This document shows positions 1-10,686 of a stretch of 64,000 nt of DNA, piece by piece. A program made the position numbers and the translations under genes. This stretch comes from Phoronis australis. Lineage: Eukaryota; Animalia; Phoronida. The notes beneath the pieces are model-generated. The model was not told the DNA's origin. It saw only the letters and a program-made list of their open reading frames with translations, and did no database searches. Each line of letters starts with the position of its first letter. The first letter of the stretch is position 1. The stretch lies in NCBI GenBank assembly GCA_002633005.1, contig NMRA01000026.1:552434-616433 (forward strand). The letters are read 5' to 3'.

Positions 1-804
1 TGTTACGATTGGGACCTGATGGCATGTTGACTGTTATTTAATGTTGCTGTTTTACTACATTAAATTATTGCGGCAAAGTTTGATCATCGAACTGAGTAAC
101 GACGTCAAGTCGACATTGACCTACCTTTTGAACTTTCCATGTTGAAGGGTACTGTTAAGGTAGTCCCGGGAGGGTAATACAGAAAACAATATCACATTGC
201 CCTATTGCACTCTACTTATTGAATGCTGCGTATGGGATAAATAAGTCCAAAACAATGGCAAATATGGTCCTATTGTCGAAAATTGTAAAACCGCAATGCT
301 ACCAAATATCAAGCCGTGGCCATGTATTTGAATAGTAAGCCATGCTCAGAAGTTTACTAACTGATCTTAAGTTCATATTGATGTAAAATACCACACTTAA
401 GTTGACAAACATTAAGTTTCATTTGTCAGATACAAAGAACGACTCTTAAAGGGACATGACCGGTTTTGGCACCGGAATATGCATTTTTGGAGTTTTAGTG
501 AATTCGGATAAACTTATCAAGCTATTAGCTTTGACTAGAAGAAAATCTGTTGTGTTTTTGTGATTTTATAAAATATTGCCAATTTTTGCTGTTGGCTGCC
601 AGTCATTTGATGAAAGCCATGCCAGTAACTTTATTAATTTAATAGTCCGCTTAAGTTACTCAGCTACTCCCATGTTGGAGTGTGGCTGCCGAGGTCATTA
701 ATTTGAATGGGTCTTGAGGCTGATTTTGACGATCACGTCTCGTTCAATTTTCTAGCAATCGGTTCTCCGTTGTTCAAACTGAATTTGCGCTGGGTATGTT
801 GTAG

Positions 805-970
805 GGCAACTTCAATAGAATGGTATGTATCACTAACCAGGAGTACCTGGATAACGGTGGACACAGACTTGTAGCCCTCCGAACTGGCCAGTATTCCTTC
901 AGGGTGCGTGCTAACTCGTTGGCTGGGCCTGGCAACTGGAGTGAGCATGTGGTCTACTACATGTATGTCG
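805..970 (+). CDS. INSR: Insulin/IGF receptor, exon encoding end of third fibronectin-III domain (upstream exons lie outside the window)
   Basis: gtag|GGC...GTCG|gtaagt. Translates GNFNRMVCITNQEYLDNGGHRLVALRTGQYSFRVRANSLAGPGNWSEHVVYYMYV, matching the InR FnIII-3 signature YSxRxRAxSLAGxGxW. Ends in phase 1. Confidence 0.93.
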
Positions 971-1708
971 GTAAGTGGACGTAACGCTCTCTACATCATT
1001 AGTTATCGTCGGAAGAGCATGTCTTAGACTGCAATAAATGGAATATGAGGTGAATAAGCGAGCTGTGAGAGCAATCAGTGGATGCCAGTCATCTGTGTGT
1101 ACAGTGTATAGTTGGAATAAAGGTTATTAAAGGTGTCATTACATGTGGCTTTAAACGATCCTTTATATAGCATTCACATGGTGATCAGAAGGCGGGTCTG
1201 CTCTCTTTTCCGCTATCTCACAAACATTTCGCTTATGAATGCTGGGATGTTCGATTAGATGGCTGAGTTTCTTTAACCTCTTTTTAATTACCAGCCAGAG
1301 TTTCATCGTCAGCTGTAGACTCACTTTCGTGAGAAATGAAATTTATGAAATTGTTCAGCGTGTTCATTAATCGAACTGTATGTGATTTCTTGGCTTGGAG
1401 AGAACGAGAGTTTGTCATTTCTTGAGACCCGCAGGTGAGGAATTTTAGGCGGCAAGCCTGGTCTCTTAGCAACGACAAACAAATGTTGGAGCAGAACAAA
1501 TCTAATTACAGAATGATTCGGCCACCTTAATAACTTTGTTTTTAATTCCCCATCGTTCTGGGTCATCAGGGGAGAGTACTATGTCGATGAATTTGGCTTC
1601 CGTAAAGCTGTCACAATAAGGGAATTCCTGGTCATTTTGTCTAAATACTGTTGGCTTCTACTGTAGTTGGGATAAAATTTGTTTATTTGGCAGAATGTGG
1701 ATTTATTA

Positions 1709-2041
1709 CGGTAAAAATTATCCAGTTTGTTACTGTGAAATAGTCGCTCATGTTCGGAATTTGTACCAAAGTTTATAAATAAGGAATGCTGCCCATCCCA
1801 AATTGAAAAGTTACAATCAATGACAAACGATCGTGCACCTAAATGTTACACACAAAAATGTTGCGTCAGTGGCTAATTGCCGATTTTATCAGCTGTCGAG
1901 TCTATTTTCAGACTCTGTTGATACAAAATGTGCAGTGTCTGTTTGAGAAATATCATGAATGCCAAAACCTCCCATGTCCCAATTTTAGGAATCGAAAAAA
2001 TTCAATTTTGCTTTGAATTTCAAACTGGAGAATTTTTACTG
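1709..2041. mobile_element. TA-flanked MITE (Tc1/mariner-pogo-like)
   Basis: TA|CGGTAAAAATTATCCAGTTTG ... CAAACTGGAGAATTTTTACTG|TA: 21-bp TIR with 2 mismatches and TA TSD. Related ends occur at 54320-54697 and about 57420-57444. Confidence 0.75.
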
Positions 2042-2104
2042 TAAGAATTAGTAATAATCCCTGGTTGTTATTCACTTGTTCATGATGTTACTTGTGATTT
2101 ATAG

Positions 2105-2204
2105 ATGACAGCTGGTCGCCTGCTGTGATTGCCGGAATCGTGGTCACCATGTTTCTTCTTACTGTTCTCACCGTCATCGTCGTTTTCGTATACTTTAAGC
2201 GAAG
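2105..2204 (+). CDS. INSR: Insulin/IGF receptor, transmembrane exon
   Basis: atag|AT GAC...CGA AG|gttggt. DDSWSPAVIAGIVVTMFLLTVLTVIVVFVYFKRR is a hydrophobic helix followed by a basic stop-transfer. Phase 1 in and phase 2 out fit both neighbours. Confidence 0.9.
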
Positions 2205-2613
2205 GTTGGTCTTCATTTTGGGAAAATGTAGCCATTCAGACAAAGCATTTGTTGGGAATGTCCGAAACTTTTCATGGCAGCGGTTGGTGGGAGCTGTGCT
2301 ACAGACCTTGAATAGGGCTAAGCGTTATTTTTCTTTTTTGATGAAAAGGAGAATAAAATTCCACTTGTTTGGCATAGTGTGTCCTTGATTGGGTAAGATT
2401 TTACAATGACGTAGAACTCTTTAGCGTTGTGAAAGCACAAAAGAGGATTCTGTTTCTCCCAATTCTTGAGGTAAAGATTGGCAGTTAACAGGGACGTAAC
2501 AGTTTCTTTCGTTCACAGAAGTCTAGCAATGTTGAGTTTTTTATGCGAATCATTTGAACATCCTGTCACCCGAAAGTCATGATGATGCTTTACGGCATGT
2601 CGGTTGCAAAGCG

Positions 2614-3003
2614 TTTTTATGCGCCCACATATTTATATGTGGACGCATTATGCCGTCATCTCTGTCCGTCCGTTCTGTCCGTCCGTCCGTCCGTCCGTCC
2701 GGGCGGCGTCCGGCGTCCGCTGCTCTATCTCCAAAACCCTTTGACATACGTTCATGAAATTTGGCACATATGTTCCATTCATGAATGGGACGGCATGTGC
2801 GAACTTTTGGACGGATCCGACTACCGGTGTGCCCCCTAGTGGCAATTTTAGTTTTTTACGCTTACCTTTGTATCTTCAAAAGTCCTGAACGGATTTTCAT
2901 GAAATTTGGTATGTAGGCACGTATTAGTGAGATGACGCTATCCTGCCGTTTTCAGATGGATTCGACGTAGTTTGCGCCACCTAGTGGCCATTTTTAGTGT
3001 TTT
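2614..3003 (+). mobile_element. Helentron/DINE-1-like (HINE) non-autonomous element, 5' part, runs into gap
   Basis: T-run then subTIR ATGCGCCCAC with a nearby inverted copy (GTGGACGCAT), a (GTCC)n microsatellite, and about 146-bp internal repeats carrying TTCATGAAATTTGG and CTAGTGGC. Confidence 0.7.
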
Positions 3004-3794
3004 NNNNNNNNNNNNNNNNNNNNNNNNNNNNNNNNNNNNNNNNNNNNNNNNNNNNNNNNNNNNNNNNNNNNNNNNNNNNNNNNNNNNNNNNNNNNNNNNN
3101 NNNNNNNNNNNNNNNNNNNNNNNNNNNNNNNNNNNNNNNNNNNNNNNNNNNNNNNNNNNNNNNNNNNNNNNNNNNNNNNNNNNNNNNNNNNNNNNNNNNN
3201 NNNNNNNNNNNNNNNNNNNNNNNNNNNNNNNNNNNNNNNNNNNNNNNNNNNNNNNNNNNNNNNNNNNNNNNNNNNNNNNNNNNNNNNNNNNNNNNNNNNN
3301 NNNNNNNNNNNNNNNNNNNNNNNNNNNNNNNNNNNNNNNNNNNNNNNNNNNNNNNNNNNNNNNNNNNNNNNNNNNNNNNNNNNNNNNNNNNNNNNNNNNN
3401 NNNNNNNNNNNNNNNNNNNNNNNNNNNNNNNNNNNNNNNNNNNNNNNNNNNNNNNNNNNNNNNNNNNNNNNNNNNNNNNNNNNNNNNNNNNNNNNNNNNN
3501 NNNNNNNNNNNNNNNNNNNNNNNNNNNNNNNNNNNNNNNNNNNNNNNNNNNNNNNNNNNNNNNNNNNNNNNNNNNNNNNNNNNNNNNNNNNNNNNNNNNN
3601 NNNNNNNNNNNNNNNNNNNNNNNNNNNNNNNNNNNNNNNNNNNNNNNNNNNNNNNNNNNNNNNNNNNNNNNNNNNNNNNNNNNNNNNNNNNNNNNNNNNN
3701 NNNNNNNNNNNNNNNNNNNNNNNNNNNNNNNNNNNNNNNNNNNNNNNNNNNNNNNNNNNNNNNNNNNNNNNNNNNNNNNNNNNNNNNNNNNNNN
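3004..3794. other. Assembly gap (N run)
   Basis: Run of n. Confidence 1.
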
Positions 3795-4229
3795 TCATCA
3801 ATTTTCTTATATGTGTTAACACCAGTTCAGTGTTGCATAACTTTTCAATTCAATAGGACTGCAGACAAACAGTTGGCTTAAATCAAGTTGCCCATGACTT
3901 GATTAATGGCTTAGTGAACATATTGCACTCAGTTCACTGGCAATATGGGCTTTTTTGTATTTGGATAAGTTAGGACAATTGCATTTTTTTTGAGTTTTTA
4001 CAGCTGAAGTAACCAACCTATCGACATTAACAGGTAAAAAATACCACCCATTTTTAATGCATCACTTCTTACAGGAACGACCACCCATAATTTGAGTTTT
4101 TTTCTGAAGACCACCACCCATGAATTTTTATTTCTACTGCCGTCCCCCCCCTCCCACACGGATTTTACTGGAACAGCCCTAAGCAACTGGTGTATAGGAT
4201 GTGCTTGTATTATGAAGATTACTGACATT

Positions 4230-4400
4230 TTGCCCCTAGCCTATTGAGGAGACAATGACCATGCCTTTCCATTTTGCAAAGTACAACATACTACATATAT
4301 GTCCTCTACTGGCCACTTTATGGTACCAATAAACAACCCTAGAAGGATACCGTATGCGGTGCAATTGTGGGCGCATTTCAACGCTCTGTGTTGCTCTTGT
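4230..4400 (+). mobile_element. 3' end of Helentron/DINE-like element
   Basis: Inverted subTIR GTGGGCGCAT (4367-4376), short stem-loop CAACGC-tct-GTGTTG and T-rich end. Same family as 2614 and 51860. Confidence 0.55.
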
Positions 4401-4942
4401 TAAAAAATTGTGAAGTTCCTCTGCTTAAGATCTCTGTCCCAAGTTGCATGCTGACCACTATCGCCATCTAGTGGCACAGAAACTTTCTGTGCTGCTTTAT
4501 GGAAAATGGCTAATCCCTTTTCACTGAGTCTACTGGTATATTCACAAACGAGTAATTTTAAAACATTGACAAAATCTTGACCTATGTATAGGGTCACCAG
4601 CTCAGTTGGATTACTTACAATTCTGGTTCCTATCTCGTTTTTTTTTTTTTTTTGAGGTTTAAAATTAATATACACAGTCATTTTCCATTTATTTCGCCGA
4701 AAATAATTGCCAAAATGTTCATTTTTCATTGGCTGGCTACCCTTTTGTGGATATTTTTTTAGTTTTTAGCTGATGCACTGCTCCGTGTTTGTATGAGATG
4801 TCTTAATCGTAAACCTTTGTGGAGAATTTTAACAGACATCGCAGCTATTACATTGGCAAGGAGTTGTGAAGAATTTATGAGTGTCAAGCTGGCACTTATG
4901 TCTTTAAAAATTTAGCGTTCAAGTGTTCACATTGCTTTGCAG

Positions 4943-5153
4943 AGAACAGCGTATTCCTGCTGATATGTACAACGCGACGTACAACCAAGACTATTGGTCA
5001 ACTTATGTGAAGGATGAATGGGAAGTTGATAGAGACAAAATTGAGCTACTGAACGAGCTGGGTCAAGGGTCATTTGGTCTGGTCTTTAAAGGCATTGGTC
5101 ACAACCTCGAAAGTTTCCCAGATGGCGTCCATGAGATGCATGTGGCAGTGAAG
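4943..5153 (+). CDS. INSR: Insulin/IGF receptor, juxtamembrane region and kinase N-lobe start
   Basis: ttgcag|A GAA...GTG AAG|gtaaaa. [50 protein letters not shown]...VAVK contains DEWEV, GxGxxG and the catalytic Lys. Confidence 0.96.
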
Positions 5154-5408
5154 GTAAAATTGTGATGACGTACACTTCAGATAGGTGTCGCCGTGGTTCT
5201 CCATGGCTTGGAGGTCTGTTGCTTGGTGTGAGGAAAAATGTGGTCGGAAATCTGTCAAAGTTTATTACCTTATTCGGCAACTGACCTCCTGTTACCTGCC
5301 TTGTTTTGAATAATTTTTTGCAGAAAGTGCAAAATTATTTTATATGTGATTTGTTTGTGAATTTCTGATCGCCGGAATGCTGACATCTCTCATACTTATA
5401 TTTTTCAG

Positions 5409-5473
5409 ACCTGTTTTGATTCAGCCAGTGCTAGAGATAAAATTGAGTTCCTCAATGAGGCGTCAGTAATGAA
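5409..5473 (+). CDS. INSR: Insulin/IGF receptor, kinase alphaC exon
   Basis: tttttcag|ACC...ATG AA|gtgagt. TCFDSASARDKIEFLNEASVMK contains the InR-typical IEFLNEASVMK. Confidence 0.96.
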
Positions 5474-5489
5474 GTGAGTATTATCTCTT

Positions 5490-5645
5490 TCTCTATATGG
5501 TATACATTCAATTACAGACATTATGTTGTCTCTATATGGTATACATTCAATTACAGACATTATGTTGTCTCTATATGGTATACATTCAATTACAGACATT
5601 ATGTTGTCTCTATATGGTATACATTCAATTACAGACATTATGTTG
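5490..5645 (+). repeat. Minisatellite, 4 perfect copies of a 39-bp unit, just inside an InR intron
   Basis: TCTCTATATGGTATACATTCAATTACAGACATTATGTTG x4. Confidence 0.97.
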
Positions 5646-6072
5646 TATTTGAGCACAGGCGAGACATCAAATCGTGGTTCTTTTCATCTATGTTATTTTT
5701 TTAGTTAAATGTAACAATTTAATAGATTTTCATGATTAGTGTGTTTTTAGTCAATTCTGTGAAACAAGTAATTGATTCAGAAACCAATAATTTTATGCTT
5801 GAAATGGTGATTAGTGAATATTCCGTCACAAATCCATTTTTAGTAGTCTTTAATTACCCATATATATATGCTGGTATTTGGGCTTGTACACCTGGATCCA
5901 ATAGAATAGATTTTTAGAAAAATATGCCCATAAGCCTAAGCTACTCATGTAGGGGCAGACGGTTATCTCTTGTACTTCAGTATGTCTTAAATTGATTAAT
6001 TTTTTATTCTATTAGTTATTTTCACTGAAATAGATTGTCTTAAAATGCGTACATGCCATTGTGCACTGTTTT

Positions 6073-6581
6073 CAGGGCTTGGAATTTTCCGCGGAAACGC
6101 GGATTTCCGCTTTTCTCAAATGTGCTTTCCACTTTTTTTATAATATTTCCGCGTAAAAAAATCAGATTTGATATAAAATTTCCGCGGCAAATTCCTTTCT
6201 TACCGCGGCGTTGCAGACAACGTTCACCTCGAAAAGCGGAAGTTGCTCTTTATGTTTCGGAGGAACGTAAATTGTCAACATTGCTGGGGCATCTGGGACA
6301 GCGTGGTGTGATTTTCAATGGCGTCTCGTGTTATTGTTAAGCGCGGCGGCAAATACTACCGCTCTGCAGCCAAAAATGTGTGGGTTGGGAGTGGACGGGC
6401 GAGCTAAAAGGACGCAGACGCATGCTACTGATGGTGGTAACGTTTTTTTTTTTTTAGTCCTCCCGATTTTTGTCGGGGAAAGGTTCACATTGACCATTTC
6501 AAGACTGTTTATCGGGCATGATTTGGGCCGTAAAAGTTTCAAAGTTTCCGCGTTTTTTGTCATTGGTCATTCCAAGCCCTG
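6073..6581. mobile_element. hAT-like MITE with 6-bp TSD
   Basis: TIR CAGGGCTTGGAAT...ATTCCAAGCCCTG flanked on both sides by TGTTTT (6067-6072, 6582-6587). Confidence 0.85.
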
Positions 6582-6914
6582 TGTTTTGCAACGGAAGAGT
6601 CGGGATTCACTCATCGCAAGCCGTTTTAAAAGCCTGCTCCTCACTTTTTGCTTGCATGTAGGTGCCTGCACGCCTGCACCCACTGGCGGTTACAGACACG
6701 GCTTGACCTACAGATACATGCGCTTAAAATATACGTGTATATTTCATATACGGCGTTTCATCAAAACTGCAAAATCTAAACTGGCAGTGAATCTCTTTAC
6801 TGGATGGATTAAAGTAAACCATCATAGTTCCTGCCTAGGACTGTGTATAATCATGTTTATTATGCAAAGGGAATCAACAAGGCACAGAAATGCCTGCCAT
6901 TCACTATCCCCAGA

Positions 6915-7210
6915 ACAGAAAATTCAGAAATCTCTATGCAGAATTGCAGTGCAGAAATTTCTAAGCAGCAGAATTCCAGCACAGATATTTCTGCGCACAG
7001 CAGAATTCCAGTGCAGAAATTTCTGCGCACAGAAGAATTCCAGCACAGAAATTTCTGCGCACAGCAGAATTCCAGCGCAGAAATTTCTGCTCAGAATTCC
7101 TGCGCAGAAATTTCTGCGCAAAACTCCAGCGCAGAAATTTCTTTGCAAAATTCCAGCGCAGAAATTTCTGCATGGTACACTGGAAGTCTGCGCAGAAATT
7201 TCTGCGCATG
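6915..7210. repeat. Degenerate ~20-32-bp tandem array built on palindrome GCGCAGAAATTTCTGCGC
   Basis: Repeated CAGAAATTTCTGCGCACAGCAGAATTCCAG. Perfect 20-bp palindromes at 7101-7120 and 7189-7208. Confidence 0.9.
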
Positions 7211-7628
7211 ATACAACAGAGGGCTCAAATGCAATGGAATATATCAATTTTTAAGCCAAAGTTATGGAAATCTAGGCGCAGAAAAAATTTGCAACTTTTC
7301 AGGCACAAAAAGGGAATGAGTGGAAATTCCCATTTTAAAATGGAAAGTGTTATTGATGAAAGTGAGAACATCAATAAACAATTATTTGGGAAACTTGTTA
7401 TTGTGTTGAATTGTCTGAAATGGGAATGTATTTTTCATGAAGATATTCGGAACGCAATAACATATGCTGTTGACACGAATTCAATGCATCCTTGCAAAAA
7501 TTGATTACAAAAACTTGATTGTTCTTTTGTGCTGCATGAAATTTATGCTTATGAATATTGATGTCTCTGTGCGCAGAATTATGATAAAGATGCGATTGAT
7601 GAGTTCCTTTTGTTTGTTCTGTCTGCAG

Positions 7629-7761
7629 AGAGTTCAACTGCTTTCATGTTGTCCGTCTGTTGGGGGTTGTATCAGAAGGTCAGCCAGCCATGGTGGTGAT
7701 GGAGTTGATGAGCCAAGGAGATCTGAAGAACTACTTACGCAGGCATCGACCTGATGAGCCC
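7629..7761 (+). CDS. INSR: Insulin/IGF receptor, kinase exon
   Basis: ctgcag|A GAG...CCC|gtgagt. Translates [44 protein letters not shown]. Confidence 0.96.
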
Positions 7762-8522
7762 GTGAGTCAATGTGTCATTCCAAATGGTTTGAAAAATATC
7801 AAACCCGCCCTCTGTCAAAATTAACTTTTGATTTACACCACACACTATTATGAAACTGGTTTGAACGTGTTCCTTACTCAGACAAGAAGAGATGTCATTA
7901 TGAGGAGTTTGTAACTCCAGGCCGTGCTTGGTGTATAAAATGACTTGCCAGGTCAAGTCAGCTGATTAAGCCTATTCACAAGTGAAACTAAGAGCCATAA
8001 ATACATTCAGGTATCCTGTTTCAGTGTGGTCACGCGTGATCATGCTTAATGGCAAAATTCTTGCGTCTCCGGAACGCGCCCTGATAACGTTGGCAATGGC
8101 CGATAGGCAAAGGCCCAGTTGACGCCACCAACAGTGACAAAAATAACTTTGAAAAGGTTGTCTCTGCTTTGACATAACTCTGTTTACAGCTCACTGCACC
8201 TCAAAGGAATGTCAGTGTTTGTGTCATGGTGTCTTAGTGAGCCAACAGTAGCCCGAGAATAAAACATCTGTTGGAATGTTTTAGTAAGAAAGGTACACTA
8301 TGACCTTTGATTGTGCTGGGGATACTGTTTAAGTCATACAAAATTGTAGAATTATTTTTCAAAAAACTAAAAAAGTAAAGTTTTCTTCACTCATGGCTTT
8401 CAAGTTGAATAGAGACAGTTAGCCACTTGTGTCTTGTGGTTTCTGGTCTGTCAACAAAGGGGTGGTGATTTTTGTTATTAAGAAATGTCTTGCTTAAACT
8501 TTGGGGTCTCTTATTCTTACAG

Positions 8523-8682
8523 GACAACGATGGCCGGTTACCGCCTACTCTTCACGAGAGCCTTCAAATGGCTGCAGAAATAGCTGATGGAATGGCCTAC
8601 CTAGCGGCCAAAAAGTTCGTTCACAGGGATTTGGCAGCTCGCAACTGCATGGTGGATGATCACAATACTGTTAAAATAGGAG
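8523..8682 (+). CDS. INSR: Insulin/IGF receptor, catalytic-loop exon
   Basis: ttacag|GAC...GGA G|gtaaac. Translates ...[39 protein letters not shown]. Confidence 0.97.
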
Positions 8683-9325
8683 GTAAACTGTCCCTTTGTG
8701 ATAATTTGGTATCACGACATGCCAGTGTTCCTGGTGTTCTATGCTGGGTTGCATGGAACAGTCCTAATAGTTAATCAACTCTGCCCCCTAATTTTTCTGC
8801 GTATTTGTAGATTTTGTACAAGCACTGATTGTCCTTTTGCATGTTATTTTGTGTTCATTGCGATGTGTTTTGGCTTTGATACAAAGCGAGAGTGAATTCT
8901 TATGAAATTATTAGTATAACTGAAAGTAAACAAGGACCTGGCCATGTATGACAAGGCCACGAACTTCTGAGCTGAGCCTCTAAGGGCTATAACACTGATT
9001 TCAAATTTAGAAATGTTTCCCGGGTTTTGTGTTAACTGAAATTCAACTTTCTGGCCTGCGAAGGACCTCAGATTTACTTTCTGAAAACAGTATAGCTAAA
9101 AACACTGTGCGTGTTAGGGATCGTCCATATTTATCAACAATTTTGAAAGTGTACAAAATATGTGCTTGGAGAGAGGCTGTCGTGTGCTTTCAAAATTGGT
9201 AGTGTGCTGAACTAGGGGTATGTTTTGTACATTTTTGGAAGTGGCGATAATGATTAATGAGTACAGAATGGGTTGTCCTGCTACTGTCATTTAAAAGTAA
9301 ATAAATATAATTTCTTTTGTTACAG

Positions 9326-9455
9326 ATTTTGGCATGACTCGCGACGTCTACGATTCAGACTATTACAGGAAGGGTGGGCGGGGTTTATTGCCAGTTCGCT
9401 GGATGGCTCCAGAAGCTTTAAAAGATGGCGTCTTTACTTCAGCATCTGACGTTTG
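9326..9455 (+). CDS. INSR: Insulin/IGF receptor, activation-loop exon
   Basis: ttacag|AT TTT...GTT TG|gtatgt. [44 protein letters not shown] contains DFG and the YxxxYY triplet diagnostic of the InR family. Confidence 0.97.
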
Positions 9456-9887
9456 GTATGTGTTTTGCTCTATCAAATGTAGGCCTTAGTTATTCACATT
9501 ATAGCTTGTCGTCATGTATGCAGAAATTGAAGTACTGCATCTGAACAAAAAATATTTTTAAAGTGCCATGTTTTTACAAATCCCACTTCCTCCATTCAAG
9601 TCTCCTCTGTTGTGAAGTTAGAAAAAACTTTTTGGGCGGTAGGGCGGTTAACACACTTTGGAACTGAGTCGAACAAATAAACAACTTCAGTCATATGGCC
9701 AATTATTCCTCAGTTTTCAAGTCATGTGACTTGCCGTATGACTGAAGTTTGCACATGCGCGGATACAATTCACCTTAAAGGGAAACCTGAGGTATTACGG
9801 AATGTACCCAGGGTTTCCATCACACGTTGAATCAGTCGCACTTAATAAGGCGATGCCAGTATCACTGTATCTTCTCTTTTTCTCTAG

Positions 9888-10022
9888 GTCATTTGGTGTG
9901 GTGATTTGGGAGATCGCCACCCTTGCTGCCCAGCCTTATCCTGGTCTGGCCAATGAGCAAGTGCTCAAATATGTGTTTGACGGGGGTCTGATGGAGATTC
10001 CAGAGAACTGTGATGAGAGACT
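9888..10022 (+). CDS. INSR: Insulin/IGF receptor, kinase C-lobe exon
   Basis: tctctag|G TCA...AGA CT|gtgagt. Translates [45 protein letters not shown]. Confidence 0.97.
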
Positions 10023-10171
10023 GTGAGTGCCACTTATTGTTCTTTCCTACATAACGTAGTCGCCAACCGTCCCACTTTTGATGGAAACGTCATGTTTTAC
10101 CGCATCCTGCCACAAGATCAGAATGCTCCTCTTTTTGACGCATGCAATGATCTGTACTTACTCAAGCTTGT

Positions 10172-10457
10172 GTGTTAATGACTGGCTGCGTATTTTTGTG
10201 TTAATGACTGGCTGCGTATTTTCGTGTTAATGACTGGCTGCGTATTTTCGTGTTAATGACTGGCTGCATATTTTCGTGTTAATGACTGGCTGCGTATTTT
10301 CGTGTTAATGACTGGCTGCGTATTTTCGTGTTAATGACTGGCTGCGTATTTTCGTGTTAATGACTGGCTGCGTATTTTTGTGTTAATGACTGGCTGTGTA
10401 TTTTTGTGTTAATGACTGGCTGCGTATTTTTGTGTTAATGACTGGCTGCGTATTTTC
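10172..10457 (+). repeat. Minisatellite, 11 copies of a 26-bp unit
   Basis: GTGTTAATGACTGGCTGCGTATTTT(C/T) x11 in the last InR intron, bracketed by the imperfect inverted repeats GTAGTCGCCAAC (10056) and GTTGGCAACTAC (10603). Confidence 0.97.
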
Positions 10458-10686
10458 GTGTTTTTTGACACTGTTTACCTTTTTTCCTGTTATTTTTCTA
10501 AGATTTTAAAATAAAGGCCAGTATGATGTGCCTGAGTGTCGCAGCCGACATTTTCTCTTGCTCTACACTAGATCCAGATTTCCTGTTTTTTAAATTTGGA
10601 ATGTTGGCAACTACTGTAAGTGACACCTTTTGTTTTTTGCCAAACAAATTTGCCAGCGCCACCTATTTTTCTTCTCTATTTCACAG

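Noticed and set aside
2938-3881. Long poly-X ORFs (also at 13140-14030 and 30180-30769)
   Set aside because: Artefacts of N gaps.
5405-5708. Repetitive ORFs (DNIMSVIECIPYR)n
   Set aside because: Translations of the 39-bp minisatellite.
6328-7254. 308-aa ORF and overlapping ORFs on both strands
   Set aside because: Lies in an InR intron and is built from a MITE end plus a stop-poor palindromic tandem array; no domain-like sequence.
7751-7795. CTGATGA motifs as hammerhead cores (also 35062, 43199, 46003)
   Set aside because: No properly placed stem II plus GAAA; the first is simply coding sequence (PDE).
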